A stretch of 32,272 bases of DNA from contig JBGQGY010000028.1 of assembly GCA_041497675.1 (NCBI GenBank), positions 1 to 32,272 on the forward strand, given 5' to 3'. Source of the stretch: a bacterium. GTDB taxonomy: Bacteria > Sysuimicrobiota > Sysuimicrobiia > Sysuimicrobiales > Humicultoraceae. Within the stretch, counting starts at the first letter, position 1. Every line of letters starts with the position of its first letter. Below are positions 18,511-27,371 of this stretch, piece by piece. Below the pieces are notes generated by a model. The model saw nothing but the letters and a program-made list of their open reading frames with translations. It was not told the origin of the DNA and made no database searches. The position numbers and the translations under genes are program-made.

Positions 18511-19662
18511 TTAGGGCTCTTTTGGCCAGGGCCCCACGACGCCCGGCGCCGCCCACTCCATGCTGTTGAGGTCGCCGACGCTCATGCGCGTGCCGCCGGG
18601 GACCCGCGTCACGCCCTTGCGGTCCTTGATGGGCCCGGTGAAGGGATCAAACCCCATCTTCGCATTGGACATCTGCGCCATCCGTTTCATGACCAGGTCG
18701 TAGACGGATAGGCGGCCGAGGTCCGGCGTGCTGACCATCGCTGCCTGGAGTTTCCCTTTCCATTTTGGATTGACCGGCACGCCGAACTCACCACCGAGCT
18801 CGGCCGCACCCTCTGCGAGCAGCCACCAGTAGTCCACGTTCGAGAGATTCTCGGCGGTGTACTTCCCCGATTGGACCTTTGAGAGGAAGTCGATGTAGAT
18901 CTTCTCCCAGTGCACGAGTTGGCCGGAGACGACGTGATCCGGTGAGAACTTCTGCATCGGCGAGTAGTGGCTGAAGGCCGGCAGATCGTGTTTCCCCGCG
19001 ACCTGGACGACGGTGGGCGAATCCTCGGTAAAGGCGAGGACGTCGACGCCTTCGGCGATCAGCGCCTCGGTGGCCTCTTTTGCGGCCGCGGGCTTGAACC
19101 ACTCGAAGATCCACTTGACGTGGACGGTGGCCTTGGGATTGACGGCGCGGACGCCGAGCGCGTACGCGCTGATGTGGCGCTTGACTTCAGGGATCGGAAA
19201 CGCGCCGACGTAGCCCACCTTACCCGTCTTCGTCAGCGCGCCGGCCATCAGGCCGTTCAGGTAGTAGATCTGATAGAAGTCGGCCATGTACGTGGCCATG
19301 TTGGGCGCGCGCTTGAACCCTGAGGCGTGCGCGAAGATCTGGTTCGGGTATCGCTTCGCCGCGGCGAGCGTACCGTCCATGAAGCCAAAACTTGTCGTGA
19401 AGATGACCCGTGCGCCCTGTTGGACCAACTTGTCGATAAAGGGTTCGGCTTGGGCTTCGGGGACGCTTTCGACGTAGACGGTCTCGAGCCCGGGGAGCGC
19501 CTTCTGCGCGAGCTTCCGCGCCTGATCGTGGGCGTTGGTCCAGCCGTAGTCACCGATTGGGCCGACGTAGATGAAGCCGACCTTCAGTTTCTGCTGCGCA
19601 CCGCCTGGAACCGTCAACCCTGCGACCAGCACCAGCACAGCCGCAAGTATCAACCACCGCAT
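18511..19662 (-). CDS. BMP-family (purine nucleoside) ABC transporter substrate-binding protein
   Basis: KVGFIYVGPIGDYGWTNAHD, FTTSFGFMD, PIPEVKRHI. Signal peptide MRWLILAAVLVLVAG, with a GGAGGAGG RBS before ATG 19662. Confidence 0.92.
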   Translation of the reverse strand: MRWLILAAVLVLVAGLTVPGGAQQKLKVGFIYVGPIGDYGWTNAHDQARKLAQKALPGLETVYVESVPEAQAEPFIDKLVQQGARVIFTTSFGFMDGTLAAAKRYPNQIFAHASGFKRAPNMATYMADFYQIYYLNGLMAGALTKTGKVGYVGAFPIPEVKRHISAYALGVRAVNPKATVHVKWIFEWFKPAAAKEATEALIAEGVDVLAFTEDSPTVVQVAGKHDLPAFSHYSPMQKFSPDHVVSGQLVHWEKIYIDFLSKVQSGKYTAENLSNVDYWWLLAEGAAELGGEFGVPVNPKWKGKLQAAMVSTPDLGRLSVYDLVMKRMAQMSNAKMGFDPFTGPIKDRKGVTRVPGGTRMSVGDLNSMEWAAPGVVGPWPKEP

Positions 19663-19752
19663 AGAGTCCCTCCTCCGGAGTGTGTGTGCACCCTCCCCGC
19701 AAAGTCCATACGACCATCCAGCATCGGTCACCTTCAGAGGCGCCGTCGACGG

Positions 19753-20616
19753 TCATCGTGCCCCACTCGTGTACGGAATCCCCAACGCCTCGGGTGCACC
19801 CTGCCCGCGGCGGTTACGCGCGGTGACGGCCAGCACCAGGATGGTGAAGGCAAACGGCATCATCCGAAGCGCTTCCGGGGCGACCCAGGTCTGCAGGCGA
19901 AACGACAGATAGTACAGCGCGCCAAAGAAGAGCGCACCCCACACCGCTTTGAGAGGGTCCCACCCTGCGAAGATCGCGATGGCGATCGCGATCCAACCCA
20001 TCCCGCCGGTCATCCCCTCAGTCCATGACGGGCGGTAGGCGACGGAGAGAAATCCCCCGGCCACACCGGCGAGGATTCCGCCGAAGACGACGGCGACGTA
20101 TCGCACGCGCGTGACGTCAATGCCTAGCGCGTCGACGGCCGCTGGGGACTCCCCGGTCGAACGGAGAATCAGACCCGGCCGCGTGTGATAGAGCACGAAC
20201 CACATCGCGGCAGCCAGGAGCACGCCGAGGAATGTGAGTCCCGACACTTCCGGGACGGTGTTGAGCAGCGGGATGCCTTCGTACCCGCGGCCCAGCACGC
20301 CGGCCAGCCCCAACCCACACATCGCCAGCGCCAACCCCGAGACGTACTGGTTGGCGCGCAGCGTGATCGACACAAACGCGTGAATCAGGGCAGCCAAGCC
20401 GCCCACGATGCCGGCCATCGCCAGACCAAGGACCGGGTTGCCCGTCGTGTGCGCGACGGCAAACGCCAGAAAGGCGCCCAGGATCATCATGCCTTCGACG
20501 CCGAGGTTCACGACGCCAGACCGCTCGGCGTAGATCTCGCCCAGCGACGCCCACAGCAGCGGGGTGCCCACGGCCAACGCGCGCACGAGCGTCGTGAGGA
20601 TCAACTCGGGGATCAT
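19753..20616 (-). CDS. Nucleoside/sugar ABC transporter permease (BPD_transp_2)
   Basis: ERSGVVNLGVEGMM, GESPAAVDALGI, GMGWIAIAI. Confidence 0.92.
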   Translation of the reverse strand: MIPELILTTLVRALAVGTPLLWASLGEIYAERSGVVNLGVEGMMILGAFLAFAVAHTTGNPVLGLAMAGIVGGLAALIHAFVSITLRANQYVSGLALAMCGLGLAGVLGRGYEGIPLLNTVPEVSGLTFLGVLLAAAMWFVLYHTRPGLILRSTGESPAAVDALGIDVTRVRYVAVVFGGILAGVAGGFLSVAYRPSWTEGMTGGMGWIAIAIAIFAGWDPLKAVWGALFFGALYYLSFRLQTWVAPEALRMMPFAFTILVLAVTARNRRGQGAPEALGIPYTSGAR

Positions 20617-21689
20617 GGCTTTCGCAACCGGACCCGGTACTGCAACAGGCGCTCGCTGCCGATCAGAAAGAACAGGATCAGCCCGTTGAAGATGTCGGTG
20701 ACGCGGAACGGCATCTGGAGCGTCACCTTCATCACGTCGCCGCTGGTGAAGATCAGCCCGAGCAGCAGCGCGGTGAGGATAGATGCGAGCGGGCTGCCGC
20801 GGGCGAGCCAGGCGACGATGATCGCAGCGTAGCCGTACCCGAGCGAGATCTGTTCGGGTGCGAGCAGCTTGTGGTGGATGCCCGCGACCTCACCGACCCC
20901 GGCCAGCCCGGCCGCCCCCGCGGAGACCATCATCGCCGCCACGGTGGTTCTCAGCGGGTCGATCCCCGCGTAGCGCGCCGCGGTGGGATTCTGGCCCAGC
21001 ACGCGGATCTGGAATCCGAGCACCGTGCGCCCCAAGAAGAAGGCCAGACCGCCCGCCAGCACGAGGCCAACCCCCAGGGTGGCCCAGTGGATACGCGTGC
21101 CCGGAAACACTCCCAGCCACGCTGCCTGCGGCAGGCTGTCTGTGTAGGCGAAGCCGCGTGACTCCTGTCCCTTCCACGGGCCGTGGACGAGCCACTCCAC
21201 GGCGAAGATCGCGATGTAGTTCATCATGAGGGTCGAGATGACTTCGTTCACCTCGAGACGCAGCCGTAGGAGCGTGGGGAGCAGCCCCCAGGCCGCGCCC
21301 GCGACGCCCCCGGCCAGGAACATGACCGGAATGGCCAGCGGAGGCGGGAGGGGCAGGAAGAGGCCGACACCGGCTGCCGCCACGGCGCCGGCGAGCAATT
21401 GACCCTCGGCGCCGATGTTCCAGAACTGGGCCCGGAACGCGACCACCAGGCCGACGCCGCAGAGCAGCAGGGGGATGGCCTGTCGTACGATCTCGGGCGC
21501 GGTACGCGCGTCGCCCAGCGTCCCGAGGAACACGGTCGCGTAGGCTCGCGACGGGCTGATGCCAAACGCCCAGAAGATTCCCCCGGCGGAGAGAAACGCC
21601 GCCAAGATGGCACCCGCGGACACCGCCAGCGTCCATCCTGTGGTCGGCGCGGAGACCGGCTCGAACTGGAAGCGGCCGATCTGTCTCAT
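20613..21689 (-). CDS. Nucleoside/sugar ABC transporter permease (BPD_transp_2)
   Basis: FWNIGAEGQL, NEVISTLMMNY, NPTAARYAGI, GYGYAAIIVAWL. Confidence 0.92.
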   Translation of the reverse strand: MRQIGRFQFEPVSAPTTGWTLAVSAGAILAAFLSAGGIFWAFGISPSRAYATVFLGTLGDARTAPEIVRQAIPLLLCGVGLVVAFRAQFWNIGAEGQLLAGAVAAAGVGLFLPLPPPLAIPVMFLAGGVAGAAWGLLPTLLRLRLEVNEVISTLMMNYIAIFAVEWLVHGPWKGQESRGFAYTDSLPQAAWLGVFPGTRIHWATLGVGLVLAGGLAFFLGRTVLGFQIRVLGQNPTAARYAGIDPLRTTVAAMMVSAGAAGLAGVGEVAGIHHKLLAPEQISLGYGYAAIIVAWLARGSPLASILTALLLGLIFTSGDVMKVTLQMPFRVTDIFNGLILFFLIGSERLLQYRVRLRKP

Positions 21690-23281
21690 CCGCGCTGCCC
21701 CATCATCATCAACCCGATGCGCTCGCGCCCGGCATCGGCCGCCGCGTCGGCCGCCGCGACGACGCCGACGATCTCTCCGACGATCTCTCCAGAGAACAGC
21801 ACGACGACCCGATCCGACAACGCGAGGATCTCATCTAGATCTTCGGACACGAGCAGAATGGCGGTGCCCTGGATCCGCCGTCCCAAGAGTAATGTGTGGA
21901 TCTGTTCTGTGGCGCTCACGTCCAACCCGGCCGTCGGGTGCGCGGCCACGATGACGCCGGGGCGATCCGACAGCTCGCGGCTCAGGATCAGCTTCTGGAT
22001 GTTGCCGCCGGACAGCAAGCGCGCCGGCGTCGCCGGACCGGGCGTCGCGATGTCGTATTCGGCGATCATGCGGCGGGCGAACTCCGTGACGGCCTGCTGG
22101 TCGATCACCGGTCCGTGCGCGAAAGGCGGGTAGCGGTAGCGTTTGAGCACCAGATTCTCTGCGACGGACATCGCCGGCACGATCCCCATGCGCAGACGGT
22201 CTTCCGGGATGTGGGCGACACCGGCTTCGTAGACCGCTCTGGCCGATCGGTTGGTGATGTCCCGACCACGGACCAGCACCCGCCCCGCTGTCGCCGTCCG
22301 CAGACCGGTGAGCACTTCGACGAGCTCGCGCTGGCCATTGCCCGCGACCCCCGCGACGCCGACGATCTCACCTTGGCGGACCTCGAGGGAGATCCCGCGC
22401 AGCGCCGGTGGACCCCGGTCGCCGGCGACCTCGAGCCGGTCGACAACAAGCGCTTCGCCGTGCGGCACGTGTGCGTCCCGCTGGAGCTGGAACTCGACGT
22501 CGCGGCCAACCATTGTTCGGGCCAACGCCCGCTTGTCGGTGCCGGCGACGGGTTGGGTCGCGATGACGCGGCCCTTCCTCAAGATGGTGACCCGGTCGGC
22601 GATGGCGTTGACCTCATCGAGCTTGTGCGAGATGAAGATGACCGAGCAGCCGTCACGGCACATCCGGCGGATGACGTCGAAGAGCCCGGAGGCTTCCTGC
22701 GGTGTGAGGACGCTGGTGGGCTCGTCGAGGATCAAGATCTGCGCCCCGCGGATCAGCGCCTTCAGGATCTCCACGCGCTGCTGCTCGCTGGGCGAGAGCT
22801 CCCAGATGCGCGCGCGGGGATCGACGCCCAACCCGTATCGCTCGCCCACCTCGCGGATGTGACGCTCGGCGCGGCGCGCGGGAAAGACGACACCCGCCCC
22901 CGGCAGGCCCAGCACGATGTTCTCAGCGACGGTGTGGCGGCGCACCAACAGGAAATGCTGCGGGACCATGCCGATGCCCAGGGCCAGCGCGTCGCGCGGG
23001 GAACGGATGCGCACGAGTGTTCCACGGACCCAGATCTCGCCCGCATCAGGTTGATAGGTGCCGTACAGGATGCTCATGAGCGTGGTCTTGCCGGCGCCGT
23101 TTTCGCCCAGGAGCGCATGCACTTCGCCGGGTCGGACTTCGAGGGTCACGTGGTCATTGGCCACCACACCCGGAAACGTCTTGGTGATGTTGCGCAGGAC
23201 GAGCAGATGGTCAGGTGAGAATTGCGCGGGAGTCATGAGCGACGCGTCAAGCATTCGCTGGACCGCCGCGGTCACCTCCAC
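21686..23281 (-). CDS. Nucleoside/sugar ABC transporter ATP-binding protein (two NBDs)
   Basis: GENGAGKT, ILILDEPT, ISHKL; second domain GVAGNGQ, LSGGNIQK, SEDLDE. Exact start uncertain. Confidence 0.93.
   Translation of the reverse strand: MEVTAAVQRMLDASLMTPAQFSPDHLLVLRNITKTFPGVVANDHVTLEVRPGEVHALLGENGAGKTTLMSILYGTYQPDAGEIWVRGTLVRIRSPRDALALGIGMVPQHFLLVRRHTVAENIVLGLPGAGVVFPARRAERHIREVGERYGLGVDPRARIWELSPSEQQRVEILKALIRGAQILILDEPTSVLTPQEASGLFDVIRRMCRDGCSVIFISHKLDEVNAIADRVTILRKGRVIATQPVAGTDKRALARTMVGRDVEFQLQRDAHVPHGEALVVDRLEVAGDRGPPALRGISLEVRQGEIVGVAGVAGNGQRELVEVLTGLRTATAGRVLVRGRDITNRSARAVYEAGVAHIPEDRLRMGIVPAMSVAENLVLKRYRYPPFAHGPVIDQQAVTEFARRMIAEYDIATPGPATPARLLSGGNIQKLILSRELSDRPGVIVAAHPTAGLDVSATEQIHTLLLGRRIQGTAILLVSEDLDEILALSDRVVVLFSGEIVGEIVGVVAAADAAADAGRERIGLMMMGQRG
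21735..21790. repeat. Two adjacent perfect 12-bp tandem duplications inside the ABC ATPase gene
   Basis: TCGGCCGCCGCG x2 (21735-21758) and CCGACGATCTCT x2 (21765-21788). Confidence 0.9.
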
Positions 23282-23287
23282 GCGCGT

Positions 23288-23845
23288 CTAGGGTGGGGCG
23301 GGTGTCGCGATGAGGTCCGGTTGGAGGACGCCGATATACGGCAGGGTGCGATACTGCTCGCGGAAGTCTAGACCATACCCCACGAGAAACGCATCCGGTG
23401 CTTCGAAGCCACGGTAGCGGATCGGCAGATCGTCGACGATCCGGCGTGTGGTCTTGTCCAGCAGCGTGCAGATGGCCAGGTCGGCGGGATCCCGGGCGCG
23501 GAGCGTGCGCAGCAAATACGACATCGTCAGACCGGTGTCGATGATGTCTTCTACCAGCAGGACGTGCCGTCCGGTGAGATCCTCATCGAGGTCTTTGATC
23601 AGTCTGACGGCCCCGGACCGGCCTTTGCCACCGCGGTATGAGCTGATCGCCATGAAATCGATGGTGGTGGGGATGTCGAGAGCGCGCGTCAGGTCCGCGA
23701 GGAAATACAGCCCGCCCTTCAGGACGGTGACCAGCAGCAGATCGAGACCGAGATAGTCCCGCGTGACCTGCGCCGCAAGCTCACCGACGCGCAGGCGGAT
23801 CTGTTCCTCAGTGAGGAGTACCCGGTCGATCGGTCCCGCAGGCAT
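23288..23845 (-). CDS. hpt: Hypoxanthine phosphoribosyltransferase
   Basis: VLKGG, DFMAISSY, LLVEDIIDTGLT (PRPP-binding), LLDK, VGYGLD, YRTLPYI. Confidence 0.96.
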   Translation of the reverse strand: MPAGPIDRVLLTEEQIRLRVGELAAQVTRDYLGLDLLLVTVLKGGLYFLADLTRALDIPTTIDFMAISSYRGGKGRSGAVRLIKDLDEDLTGRHVLLVEDIIDTGLTMSYLLRTLRARDPADLAICTLLDKTTRRIVDDLPIRYRGFEAPDAFLVGYGLDFREQYRTLPYIGVLQPDLIATPAPP

Positions 23846-24189
23846 CAGCGGATTGAGGCGGGCTGTAGATCGTACTTGGCGAACAGGCTCCGGACATCCC
23901 TGCCGTAGAGGATCTTGACGCGCACGTGGGGGTAGAGTTCGCGCATTCGCCGCAGCTTACGGTTCTTGCGCGTGACCAGGCTCTGCTTGAGTGTGGTCAG
24001 CTCGAGGTACAGATCGAAATCCGGGAGGTAGAAGTCGGGGCTGAAGCTTTCGATGGTCCGGCCGGTGCCATCGTATTCGAGAGGGAACGACCGCGGCTCG
24101 TAGTCCCAACGGATACCGTAGAAGTCCAGGATCCGCGCGAACTCCGACTCGCTCTCGTGGGCGAACTGCGCGCCCTGCCCGTCGGTCAT
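23845..24189 (-). CDS. Small PD-(D/E)XK-like (restriction-endonuclease fold) protein of unknown function, 114 aa
   Basis: SESEFARILDFYGIRWDYEPRSFPL...FSPDFYLPDFDLYLELTT. ATG 24189; TGATG coupling to hpt. Confidence 0.75.
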   Translation of the reverse strand: MTDGQGAQFAHESESEFARILDFYGIRWDYEPRSFPLEYDGTGRTIESFSPDFYLPDFDLYLELTTLKQSLVTRKNRKLRRMRELYPHVRVKILYGRDVRSLFAKYDLQPASIR

Positions 24190-24196
24190 TACCGCG

Positions 24197-24226
24197 AGTA
24201 TAAGGAAGCCAGGCGTCGCGATGCAA
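24197..24226 (-). promoter_or_regulatory. sigma70 promoter giving a leaderless transcript of the nuclease-like/hpt/ABC operon
   Basis: TTGCAT-N18-TATACT, then 7 nt to ATG 24189; no SD sequence. Confidence 0.65.
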
Positions 24227-24274
24227 GCATGAACGCTACAGGTTGTGCCCGGCGCGCCACGGGACTCCCTGCCC

Positions 24275-24475
24275 CTAGGGTTCGCCCTTGAGCGCCGCGA
24301 TGACCACCGAGACGGCGGCCGACGTCTGGAGGACGGCCTGCGCCTCATGCACCGTGCCGCCCATGGCCAGCACCACCACGGCCAAACCGATTGCGGCGGA
24401 GACGGCTTTCTGAACAAAGGGCAGGTCGCTGAGGGATTTGTAGGCAGTCAGCAGTCCTTCACCAAATGGCCACAT
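24275..24475 (-). CDS. Hypothetical small membrane protein (66 aa)
   Basis: Two hydrophobic segments (AVSAAIGLAVVVLAMGG; SAAVSVVIAAL). Fills the intergenic gap; weak GGGTGA RBS. Confidence 0.5.
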   Translation of the reverse strand: MWPFGEGLLTAYKSLSDLPFVQKAVSAAIGLAVVVLAMGGTVHEAQAVLQTSAAVSVVIAALKGEP

Positions 24476-24617
24476 GAATCACCCGCGGGCAACCGTTGTG
24501 TGATGTGCATGCCCGCGGGGTGGAGAACGTAGACTTTGAGACCCTCAGGCCGGAAGTTCGTGTCATAATGAAGCCAGGAGCCGGTACGGTCGGCTAGGAG
24601 TTCGGGAGGAGTCGTCA

Positions 24618-25784
24618 ATGCCGGAGGCCGCCAGGGCCGACGAGCTGCAGCGTTACCTCAAGCAGCTCGAGAGCAATGATGTGACGGTCCGCAGCGACGC
24701 CGCCCATGCCCTCGGAAAGCTGGGGGACGAGGCGGCTGTGGCTGGGCTTGCGCGCGCGCTCCAGGACGCGGATGAGTATGTCCGTAAGAGCGCCGTCATG
24801 GCGCTCCGGCGGATCAGCGGCCCTGCGGCCGGTGAAGCCCTCCGTCAGGCGCTCTCCGACCGCAGCGAACAGGTGGTGTTGCAGGCCGTCAACGGGCTGC
24901 GCGACATCCGCGATAAGGGCGCGGTGGAGCCGCTGATCCGGGTGCTGGCGCGCCGCGAGCGATCTCTCCAACTCGCGGCGACCGAGGCCCTTATCCGCAT
25001 CGGCCCAGACGGCGTGGGGCCGCTCATGGCCGTCTTTGAGGACAAGGTCCTCCGGCGCAAGATCGGCACCCAGGTCATGAAGATCCTGGTCGAGATCGGC
25101 CCGCGGGCCATCGACGCGCTGCTGGCCGCTCTGCAGCAGGACAGCCAGGTCATCCAGGTGACCGGCATCTCGGTGCTGGGTCGGGTGGGCGATCACCGGA
25201 TCGTCCGGCCGCTGATCGACCTCTTCCTCCGCGATCCACGAATGCAGGAGGCGGTGGTGGCGACGCTGGCCCGGTTGGAGGAGCGCGGCGTCGTCGACGG
25301 CACGGAGGGCGGCGGCCACGTCGACCGCGAGATTTCTCCGCCCAAGATGGTGGTCGAGGCGCTGACGGGCCGCCCGCGCGCCGACATGGTTGAGCAGTTG
25401 CGTGCGGCGTTGGAAAACCCGATGCCGAAGGTCCGCCGGTTCGCGCTCCGGGTGTTGTTTGCGCTGTTTGGCGAAGGCGCGGCCGATCAACTCATCGCGT
25501 CGCTCGACGACGAGGACGTCGAGGTCAAACGGCTGGTGATCCGGATCCTCGGGAAGTTGCGGGACAAACGTGTCATCGATCCGCTTGTCGCGCTCGTCCA
25601 GAAAGAGGGCGGCGAGCACGTGGAAGAGGCCGTGTGGAACACGCTAAAGGTCTTGACCGACCTGCGTGAGTTCGAGCAGTTGCGGGCACGTGTGGCCAAG
25701 GAGCGCGCCGGCGCGAAACCCAGCGTGCGAAAAGTCCGCTCCGAGCGGGATCTCTCCCCCGACTGGTGGCGGGAACAGGACTGA
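24618..25784 (+). CDS. HEAT/PBS-lyase repeat protein
   Basis: Repeated units VRSDAAHALGKLGDEAAVAGL, VRKSAVMALRRI, VKRLVIRILGKLRDKRVIDPL. GGAGGAG RBS. Confidence 0.88.
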   Translation: MPEAARADELQRYLKQLESNDVTVRSDAAHALGKLGDEAAVAGLARALQDADEYVRKSAVMALRRISGPAAGEALRQALSDRSEQVVLQAVNGLRDIRDKGAVEPLIRVLARRERSLQLAATEALIRIGPDGVGPLMAVFEDKVLRRKIGTQVMKILVEIGPRAIDALLAALQQDSQVIQVTGISVLGRVGDHRIVRPLIDLFLRDPRMQEAVVATLARLEERGVVDGTEGGGHVDREISPPKMVVEALTGRPRADMVEQLRAALENPMPKVRRFALRVLFALFGEGAADQLIASLDDEDVEVKRLVIRILGKLRDKRVIDPLVALVQKEGGEHVEEAVWNTLKVLTDLREFEQLRARVAKERAGAKPSVRKVRSERDLSPDWWREQD

Positions 25785-25801
25785 GCCCCAGCAATCGACG
25801 C

Positions 25802-26563
25802 GTGAAAGTCCTCCTGACCAACGACGACGGGATCGCCTCGCCCGGGTTGCGCGCGCTGGCCGATGTGTTCCGCGCGTCCCACGAGACCGCGGTCGTCGCC
25901 CCGGAACACGAGCGCAGCGCGACGGGTCACGCTATCACATTGCACAAGCCGCTGCGCGCCCGGTCGGTGACGGGGTACCTGTCGGGGGTAGCGGCGTGGG
26001 CCACCAACGGGACGCCGGCGGACTGTGTGGTGCTGGCGGTGGGCGAGCTGCTGGCGTGGCGGCCCGAGGTCATCGTCGCGGGGATCAACGTTGGACCAAA
26101 CCTCGGGCTGGATCTGACGTATTCGGGGACGGTGTCCGGTGCGATGGAGGGTGCGATTCTCGGCATCCCTAGTCTGGCGGTCTCGGTCACGTCGTTTGTC
26201 GATGCCCACTTCGATCTGGCCGCGGTGTTCGCAGAACGCGTCGCGCGGCTCGTCGTGGAGCGGCACCTGCCGGGCGACTCGCTGCTCAATATCAACGTGC
26301 CGAACCTCCCGCGCGATCGGGTGAAGGGCGTCAAGATCACCCGCCAGAGCCAGCGGCGCTATCTGTCGAGGTTGGAGAAACGCGCCGATCCTCGGGGTCG
26401 CCCGTACTACTGGCTGACGGGGGAACGCGAACCGGTGGCCGATGCCGAGGGCAGCGATGGCTGGGCCGTCGCCAACGGATTCATCTCGGTGACGCCGATT
26501 CAGCTCAACATGACGGACGATCGCCTGCGGAACGACCTGGGGGGCTGGTCGCTGGCCCTCTAG
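25802..26563 (+). CDS. surE: 5'/3'-nucleotidase SurE
   Basis: LLTNDDG, VAPEHERSATGH, GTPADCV, GINVGPNLG, YSGTVSGAMEG, ISVTP. GTG 25802. Confidence 0.96.
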   Translation: MKVLLTNDDGIASPGLRALADVFRASHETAVVAPEHERSATGHAITLHKPLRARSVTGYLSGVAAWATNGTPADCVVLAVGELLAWRPEVIVAGINVGPNLGLDLTYSGTVSGAMEGAILGIPSLAVSVTSFVDAHFDLAAVFAERVARLVVERHLPGDSLLNINVPNLPRDRVKGVKITRQSQRRYLSRLEKRADPRGRPYYWLTGEREPVADAEGSDGWAVANGFISVTPIQLNMTDDRLRNDLGGWSLAL

Positions 26564-26656
26564 CGGGTTGTCGCGTGCGGGCAGGAGATCGTGGTCCCGC
26601 GCAGAAGTGCCACGGCTAACGTCAAACTCACGTTCGCACCTTTCGTCGGAGCAGCG

Positions 26657-27346
26657 ATGATTCTCTTTGATGACGTCGGCAAGCGCTATTCGCCCGGCGT
26701 CGTGGCCCTCCAAGGCGTCACGCTTCACATCGATCCCGGCGAGTTTGTCTTCCTCGTTGGTCCCACCGGCAGCGGCAAGTCCACCATCCTGAAACTCATC
26801 CAGCGCATCGAGTTGGCGTCCACCGGACGCGTGGTCGTTGACGGCGTGGATCTCAGCACGCTGGCCGCCGGTGCGGTGCCGCTCCACCGGCGGCGCCTGG
26901 GGGTCGTGTTCCAAGAGTTCAAGCTCTTGGCGGACCGAATGGTGTTCGAAAATGTCGCCTTCGCGCTCCGCGTGATCCGTGCCGATCCACTGGAGATCCC
27001 CGCGCGCGTGCAGTGGGCTCTGGAGATTGTCGGGTTGGCGGACCGCGGCCGCGACCTCCCCGCCAAGCTCTCGGGGGGCGAGCAGCAGCGTGTGGCGATC
27101 GCGCGAGCGATCGTCAATCGCCCGCTGGTGCTCCTCGCGGACGAGCCCACCGGAAATCTCGATCCGATCGCGGCGTGGGACATCATGCGCGTCCTCAGCT
27201 CGATCAACCTGCGCGGCACGACGGTACTTGTGACGACCCACAACCCCACGATCGTCGATGTGCTGCGTCAGCGGGTGATCGCCTTGGAAGGGGGGAGGAT
27301 CGTCCGGGATGAGTCTCGAGGCCTTTACACAGTCGCCGCGCGATAA
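26657..27346 (+). CDS. ftsE: Cell division ATP-binding protein FtsE
   Basis: GPTGSGKST, VVFQEFKLL, LSGGEQQRVAIARA, ADEPTGNLD. Directly upstream of ftsX. Confidence 0.93.
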   Translation: MILFDDVGKRYSPGVVALQGVTLHIDPGEFVFLVGPTGSGKSTILKLIQRIELASTGRVVVDGVDLSTLAAGAVPLHRRRLGVVFQEFKLLADRMVFENVAFALRVIRADPLEIPARVQWALEIVGLADRGRDLPAKLSGGEQQRVAIARAIVNRPLVLLADEPTGNLDPIAAWDIMRVLSSINLRGTTVLVTTHNPTIVDVLRQRVIALEGGRIVRDESRGLYTVAAR

Positions 27347-27371
27347 CCTGACGGCGGCGGAAGGGCAGGCG

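Noticed and set aside
24190..24617. Purine riboswitch upstream of the hpt/BMP operon
   Set aside because: No purine aptamer consensus seen, and the transcript appears leaderless.
25802..26563. SurE as the missing histidinol-phosphate phosphatase
   Set aside because: Separate transcription unit, no operator seen, and no established basis for this activity.
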